The notes under the pieces are model-generated. The model had not been told where the DNA came from. It saw only the letters and a program-made list of their open reading frames with translations, and did not search any database. The position numbers and the translations under genes were made by a program. A stretch of 63,422 nt of DNA, the filler included, from Stramenopiles sp. TOSAG23-2 (Eukaryota), in the NCBI GenBank assembly GCA_900128395.1. It is 4 parts of 4 records of this genome, joined end to end, with 100 filler letters (N's around TTAATTAATTAA, not from the genome) between each part and the next. Parts side by side here need not be neighbours in the genome. Positions count along the whole stretch, not along the records: positions 1 to 29,953 come from LT649385.1; positions 30,054 to 59,992 come from LT649386.1; 2 more parts are not named here. One strand, given 5' to 3'. Shown here piece after piece: positions 21,701-30,555 of the stretch. Positions within the stretch are counted from its first letter, which is position 1. Each line of letters starts with the position of its first letter.

Positions 21701-22395
21701 CCATCAACACTAACTAACAAACCCCTATATTCACCTTCTTGAACACCAAAATTATTTTCCGATGTATGTATAGCATCGTATGTTCCATAAATTTGAATGT
21801 TTCGTTTTTTACCTAATAAATTAATAAGATCAGACATCGTCAAATCATATTTTACAGTTATATGAAGATCTTTATCTATTTTACTAATAATATTACTTGA
21901 TTCTTCTGGTAAAATAGATGCAATATATTCTTTTCGAAATGGGATGGTTAAATAATAATCTTTCAGCTTTATTGGAGTAACGTAAGCTTTTACTTCTTTT
22001 GTTTTGTGTTCCTTTACATCATCGATGATTTGAGATGCAAGTTGTAACGCAATTTCATTTGAATCGACTAAGTTGATAGATTGATGGATTCTATCCATTT
22101 CCTTGCAAATTTCCGTTGCGTGAATGCCTAAAATTTCATCTTTTGTATCTTTTATTTTCTTCCATATTTTTGCTGAAGGATGAGAACGTTTATCATTAGT
22201 TGTAAATATAGGAATAGGCTTTCCAGAGCCTGGAACTGGTTTAACTTCATAATTTTTATTAACTGCTGGCAATTTTTTACTAATTATAGGGAATAAAGTA
22301 TTAATTGCAAGTGCAGCCATTTCAGGATTCTCTGCTAATTGCATAAGAGCGGTCATCTCATTCATCTCTTGTTTTTCTTCAAGTATGGAGGTCAT
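18766..22395 (-). CDS. Multifunctional RNA repair enzyme: 2H phosphodiesterase + HAD phosphatase + polynucleotide kinase + Rnl1/Trl1-type ATP-dependent RNA ligase
   Basis: 1209-aa ORF. 2H motifs H178-I-T-V and H247-M-T-V. HAD motifs D303-I-D-N-T, ITNR and FD432D. P-loop G471CVASGKST, FDTT and RLIKRIGHPTL lid. Ligase motifs QARG, K725DDG (I), FE845C (III), LLGIN (IIIa), E959GFVV (IV) and K982VK..EY (V). Confidence 0.82.
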   Translation of the reverse strand: MTSILEEKQEMNEMTALMQLAENPEMAALAINTLFPIISKKLPAVNKNYEVKPVPGSGKPIPIFTTNDKRSHPSAKIWKKIKDTKDEILGIHATEICKEMDRIHQSINLVDSNEIALQLASQIIDDVKEHKTKEVKAYVTPIKLKDYYLTIPFRKEYIASILPEESSNIISKIDKDLHITVKYDLTMSDLINLLGKKRNIQIYGTYDAIHTSENNFGVQEGEYRGLLVSVDGITDRPPQEAGDGAYHMTVESPTGFASALGSLCKTDINNIIKFQSDNIVKFYGYVCLMKKRGGTDPVHIGLDIDNTTFGVKDGCHKPLLNNGTFDFKTFNTPKWTMENYTGKPLLQILNQLSPEYIHFITNRRCQQDPETMRACFNKLATTFLDRPTNFPISFEPERIDGKTENQRCIAKANSKQLRLLKATSGDYGVLFDDECVPYLSSPKVIGVDVLQDQKVRLVESIKKTFAISCQGCVASGKSTMWNNVIKILEGRGVSVKYLAADQLLEIGGGCYRYVEGIIPTLQCDVLIFDTTCASGKPDFVDKMFQQEITDPDGYICLCFERLIKRIGHPTLNSPVADFLGVAAISNDFIDMPLFQLLQKIYHEKGGYDGMTAWFAKRGFTFRERTYGSIQTAIVTYLEYSQVWTKWGRQARGFKILLGPNKEPIHVACEQLQRGTELVTSNTANVEGDVENYKYQQHFAKEQQALLKTLRSSDGSTPLKLLSVGKDDGMLCSVVLVPKTDKCYQSYVEIMNNDHTGFAQKLLAICEELPFIIVFQSQKTMIAGDMVNVGIVTSFQQIFYPNMSLDKDKPPKDYIEDVIMPFLSTIKAFFSIVKTRLQGKAVLMFECCNKGSKDYQGRFHWELTANGPQSRGSFRLLGINFEDNRDSWQYIPSATIADNLRQIFLPLDMPAGFVTSTVGELNQIISSLTQCIRGEITMDEYVAISSQFCTFGQPETISPEGFVVFEIGEDYNGFGLLGKNYNKVKVAEYYICHKWEKYLPDILSLSDSVANSVSQYFGTVYFVRKLFQTLPDKLNLVLEEGKKYLCPSGEYYIETREKLQPKAVTALLELEDAESTGQKSKKKRKKRNKKQKNLYQVFVQNIETRTPEKIRGFLCNNDGPRQFIYGNLKQFCIRTFGLQVENPNDYEDILIGLCHRLLEEDASDVSKRIETVKLILQKKGKHVEDYNAFRIARLVQNLYPYFKRSDDDEK

Positions 22396-23074
22396 ATTTT
22401 TTATTATTAATTTGGGGATTATATATATTATAAATTATACTTATTTTTTTTAATCTTGTTGTAATATATATATATATATCTTGTACTTGTTATTAAATTT
22501 TCTTTTACCTGCGTACGTTTTCTTTTTACAGTGTCGTGTTTATATTAATGTTACCTACAAGTATATATATATCTATATCTATGGGCATATCTTTTTCCGT
22601 GCATATATTTTTCTTCTTCTTCTCTATCTCATTTGCACTCTGGCACTCTTCTTCTTCCGGCTTTCCGGAATCCATTAGAATTTGTTTGTACTTATTTCAT
22701 ATTATGGTATTGTATATGCTGTTTTAATGCCTATATAAAAACTAACCCGGAAAAAAAGAGACATATATATATGTGCATATATGAACGTGTTGTTTGAAAG
22801 TCTTATGCACCTAGATTATGACATTATGACCCCGTACACCGGGACGGAAGAAGTTTTTTCTCTAGGGAGTATTAGTGTAGATGACATGTGCACATCAGTT
22901 TGCAAATTAAAGAATAATATTTTATAAAAATTAAATATTTTACCATAATGGTGTGAAATATACGAAGCCCGTGTAAAATTCGTATAGTAGAAGAGTAAAT
23001 AGTAAAACGATTGTGGGTGTTAAAATCTACGTATACGAAATATGTATGATACACGTTTTTTACTCGTCGCGCAG

Positions 23075-24325
23075 TCACTTCCTTTCTACTGTCTCTAAAG
23101 CATAAGACACCTTATTACTATTCCACCAACTATGTTTATTGCTCCATTTAAATAAAACTAAACCTTCCTCGCCTGCTTTAATGACATATTCCCCCGTTTG
23201 TTCACCATCAGCTTTTAATATTTTCGTTTCCTTTACTATTGGTGTCTCAATCGTACCATCATTATTATTGCTATTGCAATAAAATAAAACACTAAACATA
23301 ATATCCTTTGTCTCTGCATTAAATTTCCATGATATTTTTGAAATTTTAGTTGAATCAACTTCTATAAAAACTTCTTTTACCTTACCCGCTTTTACTTCTA
23401 TATATTTTCCATTCATACTCTTACTATCCTCTTCATTATCTTTTGCTTTCCGGAAACTAAGTAAAGTGCTTAATGTACGTGTACTAATTTGATTCATAAT
23501 ATATGGTCGATAGTCCTTTCCATGAATAAAAACTCGTTCCCTTGTTCTTTTTGGGATCATTGGTCGTGCCAATGCAAATAATGTACGTACAATTGCCGGG
23601 GCATTAATCAAAAATATACGACCAACATATTCAACATGTGTTGCTGTTAATGCTCTCTCGTTAAAATCTTTATCAAAAGCAGAATATGCTTTGTTATTCA
23701 AATTTCGCATACTTGCACCAGCACAATCAGCAATAACAACTTGTTTAATTAACCTATTGTATTTTCGTGTTAATCTATCCATTTGTATTTGACGTAAAAT
23801 CAAATCTTCCAACTTATGTTGCCATAATTGCTCAAAAGTCAATTCTTCCATCAATTTATAGGTATCATGGTCACCAGTGGGAATGTAAATAATAACATGC
23901 CCAGTGGGTGTTGTACCAGCTGATAATTGATTTGGACAATGTTTATTCACAATTTCCCCATGTATTAAATCTCCCTGTCCAAATAAAGGTTTATTTTCAA
24001 ATAATTTGATCATTTTTTCACGCATTTCATCCAACTTAAACTCTTTCCTTAAATTGATATGTTTTTCAAACAATTCCACAGATACTTTTAAATCCCGATC
24101 GCAACCTCTTAAAAAACGCAATAAATTATATTTACCTGTAACTTCAGGAAAATCTGCATGTGGACCATCTAAAAGTGATTTTTCATTTAATTTATTTTTA
24201 AATTCTTCAATTAATTTTTCCTCCTCTGGTGAAGCTAGTTGCGTATCAAATGATGGGTCGTCAACCATGTGTGCTAAATTATTTGTTGTTGTATCATCAT
24301 TTTTGTTTGTTACCAAGCTAGCCAT
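23075..24325 (-). CDS. SEC14-like lipid-binding protein (CRAL-TRIO + GOLD domains)
   Basis: LLRFLRG (CRAL-TRIO N-terminus), E.VGRIFLINAP...P..P.RTRERV, and a C-terminal GOLD domain (WKF...KDI.F, FKWSNKHSWW..KVSY). Confidence 0.9.
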   Translation of the reverse strand: MASLVTNKNDDTTTNNLAHMVDDPSFDTQLASPEEEKLIEEFKNKLNEKSLLDGPHADFPEVTGKYNLLRFLRGCDRDLKVSVELFEKHINLRKEFKLDEMREKMIKLFENKPLFGQGDLIHGEIVNKHCPNQLSAGTTPTGHVIIYIPTGDHDTYKLMEELTFEQLWQHKLEDLILRQIQMDRLTRKYNRLIKQVVIADCAGASMRNLNNKAYSAFDKDFNERALTATHVEYVGRIFLINAPAIVRTLFALARPMIPKRTRERVFIHGKDYRPYIMNQISTRTLSTLLSFRKAKDNEEDSKSMNGKYIEVKAGKVKEVFIEVDSTKISKISWKFNAETKDIMFSVLFYCNSNNNDGTIETPIVKETKILKADGEQTGEYVIKAGEEGLVLFKWSNKHSWWNSNKVSYALETVERK

Positions 24326-25285
24326 GTTTTTATTTATATATATATATGTATGTATGTATCAATATGTGTTTTATATGATAATAATTACTTTAGATTGATC
24401 GAAATAAAAAATGTTACAATATCTTGCCACATCACAACTCCTCCTCTCTTTCTATTTATATATAAATATATATATATGTTAACTGATATACAGAAGTATG
24501 ATATGTAATTTGTCTCTATCTTCAATATTTTAAAGATGGTTATTATATAAAAAATAGCATGCACATATGCACATCATCAATGGATTATTGTTACAATATA
24601 CCACAGTAAATTTTTAAAAATTGCAAAAAAGTTCTTGAACAATTTACTTATTACCACAAATAACAATTTCAGAAAGTTAATACTGTGTGGTGTTATTGTG
24701 GTGAAAAAAACAGTATTGATTAACCTTAAAAAAAATATCACACCTTAACCTCCTGTCTTTTCGTTTGGGTCTCTCTCTGCTGTGTCTCTGTGGTGTGTTC
24801 GTGTTAGAGCATTCTACGATTAAAATGGAAATTCGTGATACCTACCTCTGCAATTCTGGCAAAAATACCTGAATATTTCACTATTTATTTGGATTTATAT
24901 CTTTATATCCCTACTATTCGGGCATCAATATAATTGTATTTATTTCCATGATATATCGAATTGGAATTGTTTAATAGAAAAAAATATGCCACCAGTCATC
25001 AGAAGAAGACTTTTTGTTGTTTCGTTTTTGAATGAATTAAAATTGATTTTTTATCTATATATTTATATATTTGCACAAGCTTTATTAATGGCAAAAGCTG
25101 TTTTCATCTATATATCCATGTGTAAAGAACAACACCGCTACGTTACTATATAATATATGAAACAGTTTGTTTGTTGGTTTGGGTTAATTACGTACAAGTT
25201 GTAAGAATCATATCTCTTTTTATTCTATTTTATTTTTTTAGGTGGAAAATAATTATAATTAAATTAATATTTATAAACAAAAAAC

Positions 25286-26593
25286 ATGAGACGTCGGAAA
25301 GTAGTCCCACATGATTTAAAAGTCAGTGAAAGTTCAGTAGTTGATTCCTTACCAAAGTTAGATTTGTTTCCAAAAATTGAAAGGGAATATAGTGTACAAA
25401 CTTCAGAAGGTGGTGCTATATCCATTGTTACATACATTATCATGTTAGTATTGTTTTTCAGTGAATTTTTAAGCTACTCACGATTACGTGTTACAGAACA
25501 TTTGCAAGTTGATAAAGAAGCTGAAGGGCGTTTACGTATCAATTTAAATATTACTTTTCCAAAATTAACTTGCGCAGACGTTAATTTAGTTGCTATGGAC
25601 GTTGCTGGTGAGCATCAACTTGGAATATCCCATACGGTCCATAAACATCGTTTGGATAAAGACGGAAATACAATTGGTGAAAAATTTGCTTCTAAATTGG
25701 TCACAAAACATGATGTGGAAGATCATACTGCAGTGAAACCTTTGCCAAAAGATTATTGTGGTAGCTGTTATGGTGCTTCTAAAAAGTTAGAGAATGGAAA
25801 AGATTCTTGTTGTAATGATTGTGATAGTGTGAAAGCAGCATATGCTAGGAAAGGATGGGATGTCAGTGGTGTCGTGACTACTGCGGAACAATGTGTAAGA
25901 GAATTGAAAAATCCTTCAATGAGCTCACAACATGGGGAAGGTTGCAACGTCGAAGGACATTTGCAAGTAAATAAAGTTGCTGGTAATATACATATAGCAT
26001 TAGGTAAAAGTAGAAGTGTGAATGGTCGATTGATACATCAATTTAGTCCTGGTCAATTAAACCATTTTGATACATCGCATGTTATCAATACATTGTCATT
26101 TGGTGAACCATTTCCAGGTCAAACGAATCCATTAGATACCGTGTCACGTAATATTGACATCCATAAAAGTAAAACAGGGGTATATCAATATTACATCAAA
26201 GTAATCCCAACCTTGTATACAAAATCCAATGGTGTTGGCTTGAGTAGTAATCAATATTCATATACGGATAAATTTGTTCCTGTTGGAGAAGGTGTACCAG
26301 AGCATGAGGAGGCGAAAAAAGAACATGAACCACACAAAGGTCATGGACATCGACATCCATCTATTATACGTGCATTGCCAGGTGTCTTTTTCATTTATGA
26401 TATGAGCCCTTTTGTAGTACGAAGGACGGAGGAAACTACATCATTTTTTCATTTTCTTGTACGATTATGTGCTGTACTTGGTGGTGTATTTGCTGTGTCA
26501 AGTATGCTTGATCGTTTCTGGGGTGGGGCAATTCAACTTGTTACTGGTAAAAAACGAAGGAGAAGTAGTGGAAGTGGAATGATGTTTCGGTAA
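25286..26593 (+). CDS. ERGIC3: ER-Golgi intermediate compartment protein 3 (Erv46/ERGIC3)
   Basis: LDLFPK..T..GG, YCGSCYGA, CCNDC, EGC...G.LQVNKVAGN.H, QYYIKVIPT.Y, LPGVFF.YD.SP, CAVLGGVF. Confidence 0.93.
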   Translation: MRRRKVVPHDLKVSESSVVDSLPKLDLFPKIEREYSVQTSEGGAISIVTYIIMLVLFFSEFLSYSRLRVTEHLQVDKEAEGRLRINLNITFPKLTCADVNLVAMDVAGEHQLGISHTVHKHRLDKDGNTIGEKFASKLVTKHDVEDHTAVKPLPKDYCGSCYGASKKLENGKDSCCNDCDSVKAAYARKGWDVSGVVTTAEQCVRELKNPSMSSQHGEGCNVEGHLQVNKVAGNIHIALGKSRSVNGRLIHQFSPGQLNHFDTSHVINTLSFGEPFPGQTNPLDTVSRNIDIHKSKTGVYQYYIKVIPTLYTKSNGVGLSSNQYSYTDKFVPVGEGVPEHEEAKKEHEPHKGHGHRHPSIIRALPGVFFIYDMSPFVVRRTEETTSFFHFLVRLCAVLGGVFAVSSMLDRFWGGAIQLVTGKKRRRSSGSGMMFR

Positions 26594-27054
26594 AAAAAAT
26601 AAAAAAATATGTACGGTACATAAAATATGAATAGTACTTGAGATATATATATCTTCTCTGTCTCTCACATTTTACTTTTACCTCTCTGCAACAATATTTT
26701 TCTTTCATTAATTCCAACAATAAAAATACGACGATTTAATTTTTTCATCCGAATATTTATCCAAATAATATTAATATTAGTATACTAATACTGTACTTAC
26801 GTTTTTTTTCATTTTTGAAGCGACGACGCGGTTTTTTTTTTGCTCCAAACAAACAACAGATCTGATCTAAAAAATATTAAAAAATTTTGAATCGCATGTG
26901 TTAGGTGTTGCAATCATCTTGAGAGAGATAGAGAAAAAAGTAGTAATTTAAAAATGATGGTGATAATACCAAAAAGTTAACCCATCCACTCTGCCCTTGA
27001 TATTATATAAAAGAAAACGTCTTCCCACACACACACACGCACACACACAAAAGG

Positions 27055-28632
27055 ATGGGATTATTGTCGAATGTATATGATCTCGTAGTATATTCATTAT
27101 TTGCAATAACTCATGCACACGTTGCAAGTTTAGTACAAGAAAATTTACCAAAGGAAAAAGTAGTTGATGAAATATTTCATATTACGCAAACGCAAGAATT
27201 TTGTGCTATCGTGTCAGAATCAAGTGGTTTGACATGGACATCGATGATTGGATCAATGTACAACTCATATGATGGTAAAATTACAACTCCACCTGGTCCA
27301 TATTTACTTGCCCAATTCTATTCTCAATATATATTACAAGATTTAACTTGTAGTATTGAAAGTATACGTTCAGTAAATATAATATTTAATTTAGGTACAG
27401 TTATTGTATTAAATGAGATGTTAAAACTATTAGAAAAAAAAGAAGATATCGGAAAACGAATACATTATACTCGTTTATTAATTTTGATTTTATTGCCTGT
27501 CCATTTCTTTTTTGGATTTTTGTTTTATACAGATGCTGGATCAACTTTTTTTATTCTTTTATCGTATCTTTTTGCTTTGAAAATTGATTTTCAAAATATA
27601 TTTAAATCCATGGTCTATTTATATTTGTGTTCAATGATTGGATTTATATCATTATGGTTTCGACAAACAAATATAATTTGGTATGGATTTATCGTTGGAA
27701 CGATAATATTACGATTTTTTAAATCAAATAATAATAATAATGTGAAAGATGATACAAGAAGCAGCAGCAATAGTAGTTTTAGTACTGATGATGTTGGTGC
27801 TACGAAGATATGTATTCAATTTTTCAATCAATTGTTTCAATATATTTTTAATGATTGCATTCAATCAAAAGCAAAATGGTTTTATGGTATAATTTCTATT
27901 ATACCAATTGCATCAGTATTATATTCATTTATTGCATTTCTAAAATGGAACAATTATCAAATTGTGTTAGGGGATCAAAATCATCATCAGCCAGTATGTC
28001 ATGTACCACAATTATTTTATTTCATTGCATTTACAATGTTGCCAACATTTCATTTATCGTTATTTTTAAAAAAACGTATTGGACCTGGTGATGCTTTGAT
28101 GTTTTCATTGAATGTGAATAATTTTAATTGGATTATTGATAGAAAATATTTATTACGAAATTTGATAAGTTTATTATTTGTTTCGATTTCCGTATATAAA
28201 TTCACAATGATACATCCATTTACATTAGCCGATAATCGACATTATATGTTTTATGCGTGGAACAAAGTTTTGAAATATCGACTTGTACAATTATCATTAA
28301 TTCCAATCTATTTTATTATTGGAGGAATTTTTTTTACACGTTTATTGCGACAAAGAGGTTTACTTTGGTTGTGTGGATATGTAATTTGCACTTCATTAGT
28401 ATTAATACCTGCACATTTGATAGAATTTAGATACTACACAATACCGACATTTTTTGCAACAATACATTTATTGTTAGATAAAAAAGATGAATCAATTGAG
28501 AATGAAAATCAAATATGGTATATGAAATGGACAGTACTTTGTTTCGTTATTGGAAATGCTTTGTTACTTTATGTATTTTTATATCGTACATTTATTTATG
28601 CAGATGGTAGCATAGGTCGATTTATGTTTTGA
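27055..28632 (+). CDS. ALG10: Dol-P-Glc alpha-1,2-glucosyltransferase (DIE2/ALG10)
   Basis: DEIFHI.QTQ.FC, KITTPPG.YL, FLFYTD.GS, FRQTNIIW, IVLGD..HH, HPF.LADNRHY.FY, EFRYY, C-terminal RFMF. Confidence 0.93.
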   Translation: MGLLSNVYDLVVYSLFAITHAHVASLVQENLPKEKVVDEIFHITQTQEFCAIVSESSGLTWTSMIGSMYNSYDGKITTPPGPYLLAQFYSQYILQDLTCSIESIRSVNIIFNLGTVIVLNEMLKLLEKKEDIGKRIHYTRLLILILLPVHFFFGFLFYTDAGSTFFILLSYLFALKIDFQNIFKSMVYLYLCSMIGFISLWFRQTNIIWYGFIVGTIILRFFKSNNNNNVKDDTRSSSNSSFSTDDVGATKICIQFFNQLFQYIFNDCIQSKAKWFYGIISIIPIASVLYSFIAFLKWNNYQIVLGDQNHHQPVCHVPQLFYFIAFTMLPTFHLSLFLKKRIGPGDALMFSLNVNNFNWIIDRKYLLRNLISLLFVSISVYKFTMIHPFTLADNRHYMFYAWNKVLKYRLVQLSLIPIYFIIGGIFFTRLLRQRGLLWLCGYVICTSLVLIPAHLIEFRYYTIPTFFATIHLLLDKKDESIENENQIWYMKWTVLCFVIGNALLLYVFLYRTFIYADGSIGRFMF

Positions 28633-29011
28633 GTTTTGGAGAAATCTCCCCGGAAACCGGGATGCTGGGGTGCGATGGGGAGCAAAATGTGTGTGTGTTA
28701 CGCGGAGTTGTATCTAGGTACATCAACATAAAAAAGTGGAGAGAAGATTATTTATTTAACACGCGTTTTTAGCAAATTATTTTATCTCAATATTTTTTAA
28801 AAAATATCATATTATTTATACATGCACATATCATTATTTTTAATAAAAATAAAATCTTATTTATAAAATTTAAAATACTCAGTATATTTTTTTTTTAATT
28901 TTTGACGAAGCGAAAAATACTATTATACGTACACGAAAAAGGAAATTAAGAAGGGGTCTCCCCTATTTTTTTTGCATTTGGTATCCCTCCCTCTCTTTTT
29001 TCTTTTCTTTT

Positions 29012-29905
29012 TTAAATGGACATTACCTTTTCATCTTCATCTTCCTCTTCTACATAATCTTTATATGATATTTGACCCTTGCCATGCATTTCATCATCCT
29101 CATCTTTATCTGTTTTAGCTCCGATCATATCGCTGTATAATGAATTTCCCATCTCCACTCCATCGTCATCATCGCCAATACTTGTATTATCTGGTGCAAT
29201 TTTATTACCCCTTGCAAATGTAAATATTTCATGTATATTTTCTCTATGAGTTAAAACTCGCTCTATAAATTTTGGTGATATTGGCTCTCGATTTTTCAAT
29301 TCTTTCGCTGCAAATACTCTTAAAATATTAAAGCACATGTAAGTTAATGCACCACCAACGCATATAATGGCCATGATTGGTATGAAACTTAATTTTGGAT
29401 CGTTCAACCAATTTTGAGATACGGTAAAACCAGCAATTCCAGCTGCACAGAAAAAAAGAATTAAACCAGTGAATGATGAGCATACCATTCTTTTAAATAT
29501 GCTTTCTGCTTTAATTTTGTAATTGCTTTTTAACCCTCTCAAAACATCTAAGCCAAGGAAATTATTTAATAAATATAATTCCTCCATTTCATCTGGCTTG
29601 AAATTTTCCAATTCGTAATCTCTATTTGATATTGGATCAATCGCTGGTTCACCTTTCATATGATGCCCTACACCTTGGGATATCATATCACATTGTTCTT
29701 TTGTTTTCAATGGAAAACGAAATTTTAACAAAAATGCAATAAATGATAAAGTGGAACCGATCCAAACGCTGACGATGATAACATATGTTTTCACACTTTC
29801 TGGTTGACGTTGTATCCTTCCATTGACTGGGGGAACGTGGCCAACCATATTTAACAATGCTAATGGCACTGCGCTTGCTGGTATAGCACATATTTTCGGC
29901 AAGAA
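29012..29905 (-). CDS. C-terminal part of an MFS (GPH/MFS_2-like) transporter, 5'-truncated at the contig end
   Basis: Hydrophobic helices and LPKICAIPASAVPLALL...QP pattern. The upstream 55 nt are foreign (see findings), so the start given in the ORF track is not real. Confidence 0.6.
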   Translation of the reverse strand, partial: FLPKICAIPASAVPLALLNMVGHVPPVNGRIQRQPESVKTYVIIVSVWIGSTLSFIAFLLKFRFPLKTKEQCDMISQGVGHHMKGEPAIDPISNRDYELENFKPDEMEELYLLNNFLGLDVLRGLKSNYKIKAESIFKRMVCSSFTGLILFFCAAGIAGFTVSQNWLNDPKLSFIPIMAIICVGGALTYMCFNILRVFAAKELKNREPISPKFIERVLTHRENIHEIFTFARGNKIAPDNTSIGDDDDGVEMGNSLYSDMIGAKTDKDEDDEMHGKGQISYKDYVEEEDEDEKVMSI

Positions 29906-29953
29906 AAACAAAAAAGGAAAAAACAAGAGGAAAAAACATTACCTCCAGCACCA

Positions 29954-30053
29954 NNNNNNNNNNNNNNNNNNNNNNNNNNNNNNNNNNNNNNNNNNNNTTA
30001 ATTAATTAANNNNNNNNNNNNNNNNNNNNNNNNNNNNNNNNNNNNNNNNNNNN
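29954..30053. other. Artificial contig spacer
   Basis: 44 N + TTAATTAATTAA (stop codons in all six frames) + 44 N. Confidence 0.98.
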
Positions 30054-30271
30054 AAAGAACAAACAGTAATGGAACAGCACGTAAAAATAAAAAAGATTAG
30101 AGAGAGAGTAAGAGTGAGAATGGGTACATTGAATGAGGATAATTGCTGTATTATTAATAATAAAAAAAATATATAATTTTTTATAACTTATATATTACGC
30201 ACCCGAAAATCATATACGTCGTATTCGTATATTAATATACACACACGAGTGTGAATAAAATTATCTCTTTA

Positions 30272-30555
30272 TATTACCTAAAACGTTCCCCATGGACTGA
30301 AAATTGGCATATCAATCTTTTGTATCGTTGGTTTCTTTTTCATAGTAGGATCCCATATATGTGATGAAGTACTAGGACTTCCTGCCAATGCTAATCCTCT
30401 TATTTCCTTACATTATTACCTAAAACGTTCCCCATGGACTGAAAATTGGCATATCAATCTTTTGTATCGTTGGTTTCTTTTTCATAGTAGGATCCCATAT
30501 ATGTGATGAAGTACTAGGACTTCCTGCCAATGCTAATCCTCTTATTTCCTTACAT
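30272..30555. repeat. 142-bp exact tandem duplication over the 3' end of the PAP2-PRTase gene
   Basis: 30272-30413 is repeated at 30414-30555. Confidence 0.9.

Noticed and set aside
22828-22866. Small GC hairpin followed by CTAG upstream of the RNA repair gene (possible Helitron 3' end)
   Set aside because: The stem is only 4 bp, CTAG is not followed by T, and no matching 5' end or Rep/helicase remnant was seen.
28646-28682. GC-rich hairpin CCCGGAAACCGGG just after the ALG10 stop
   Set aside because: Too short to support a functional call, and intrinsic terminators do not apply to this nuclear context.
29998-30009. Palindromic TTAATTAATTAA inside N runs (also 60037-60048 and 61752-61763)
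   Set aside because: Artificial linker with stops in all frames, not biological. Gene adjacency across these gaps is not meaningful.
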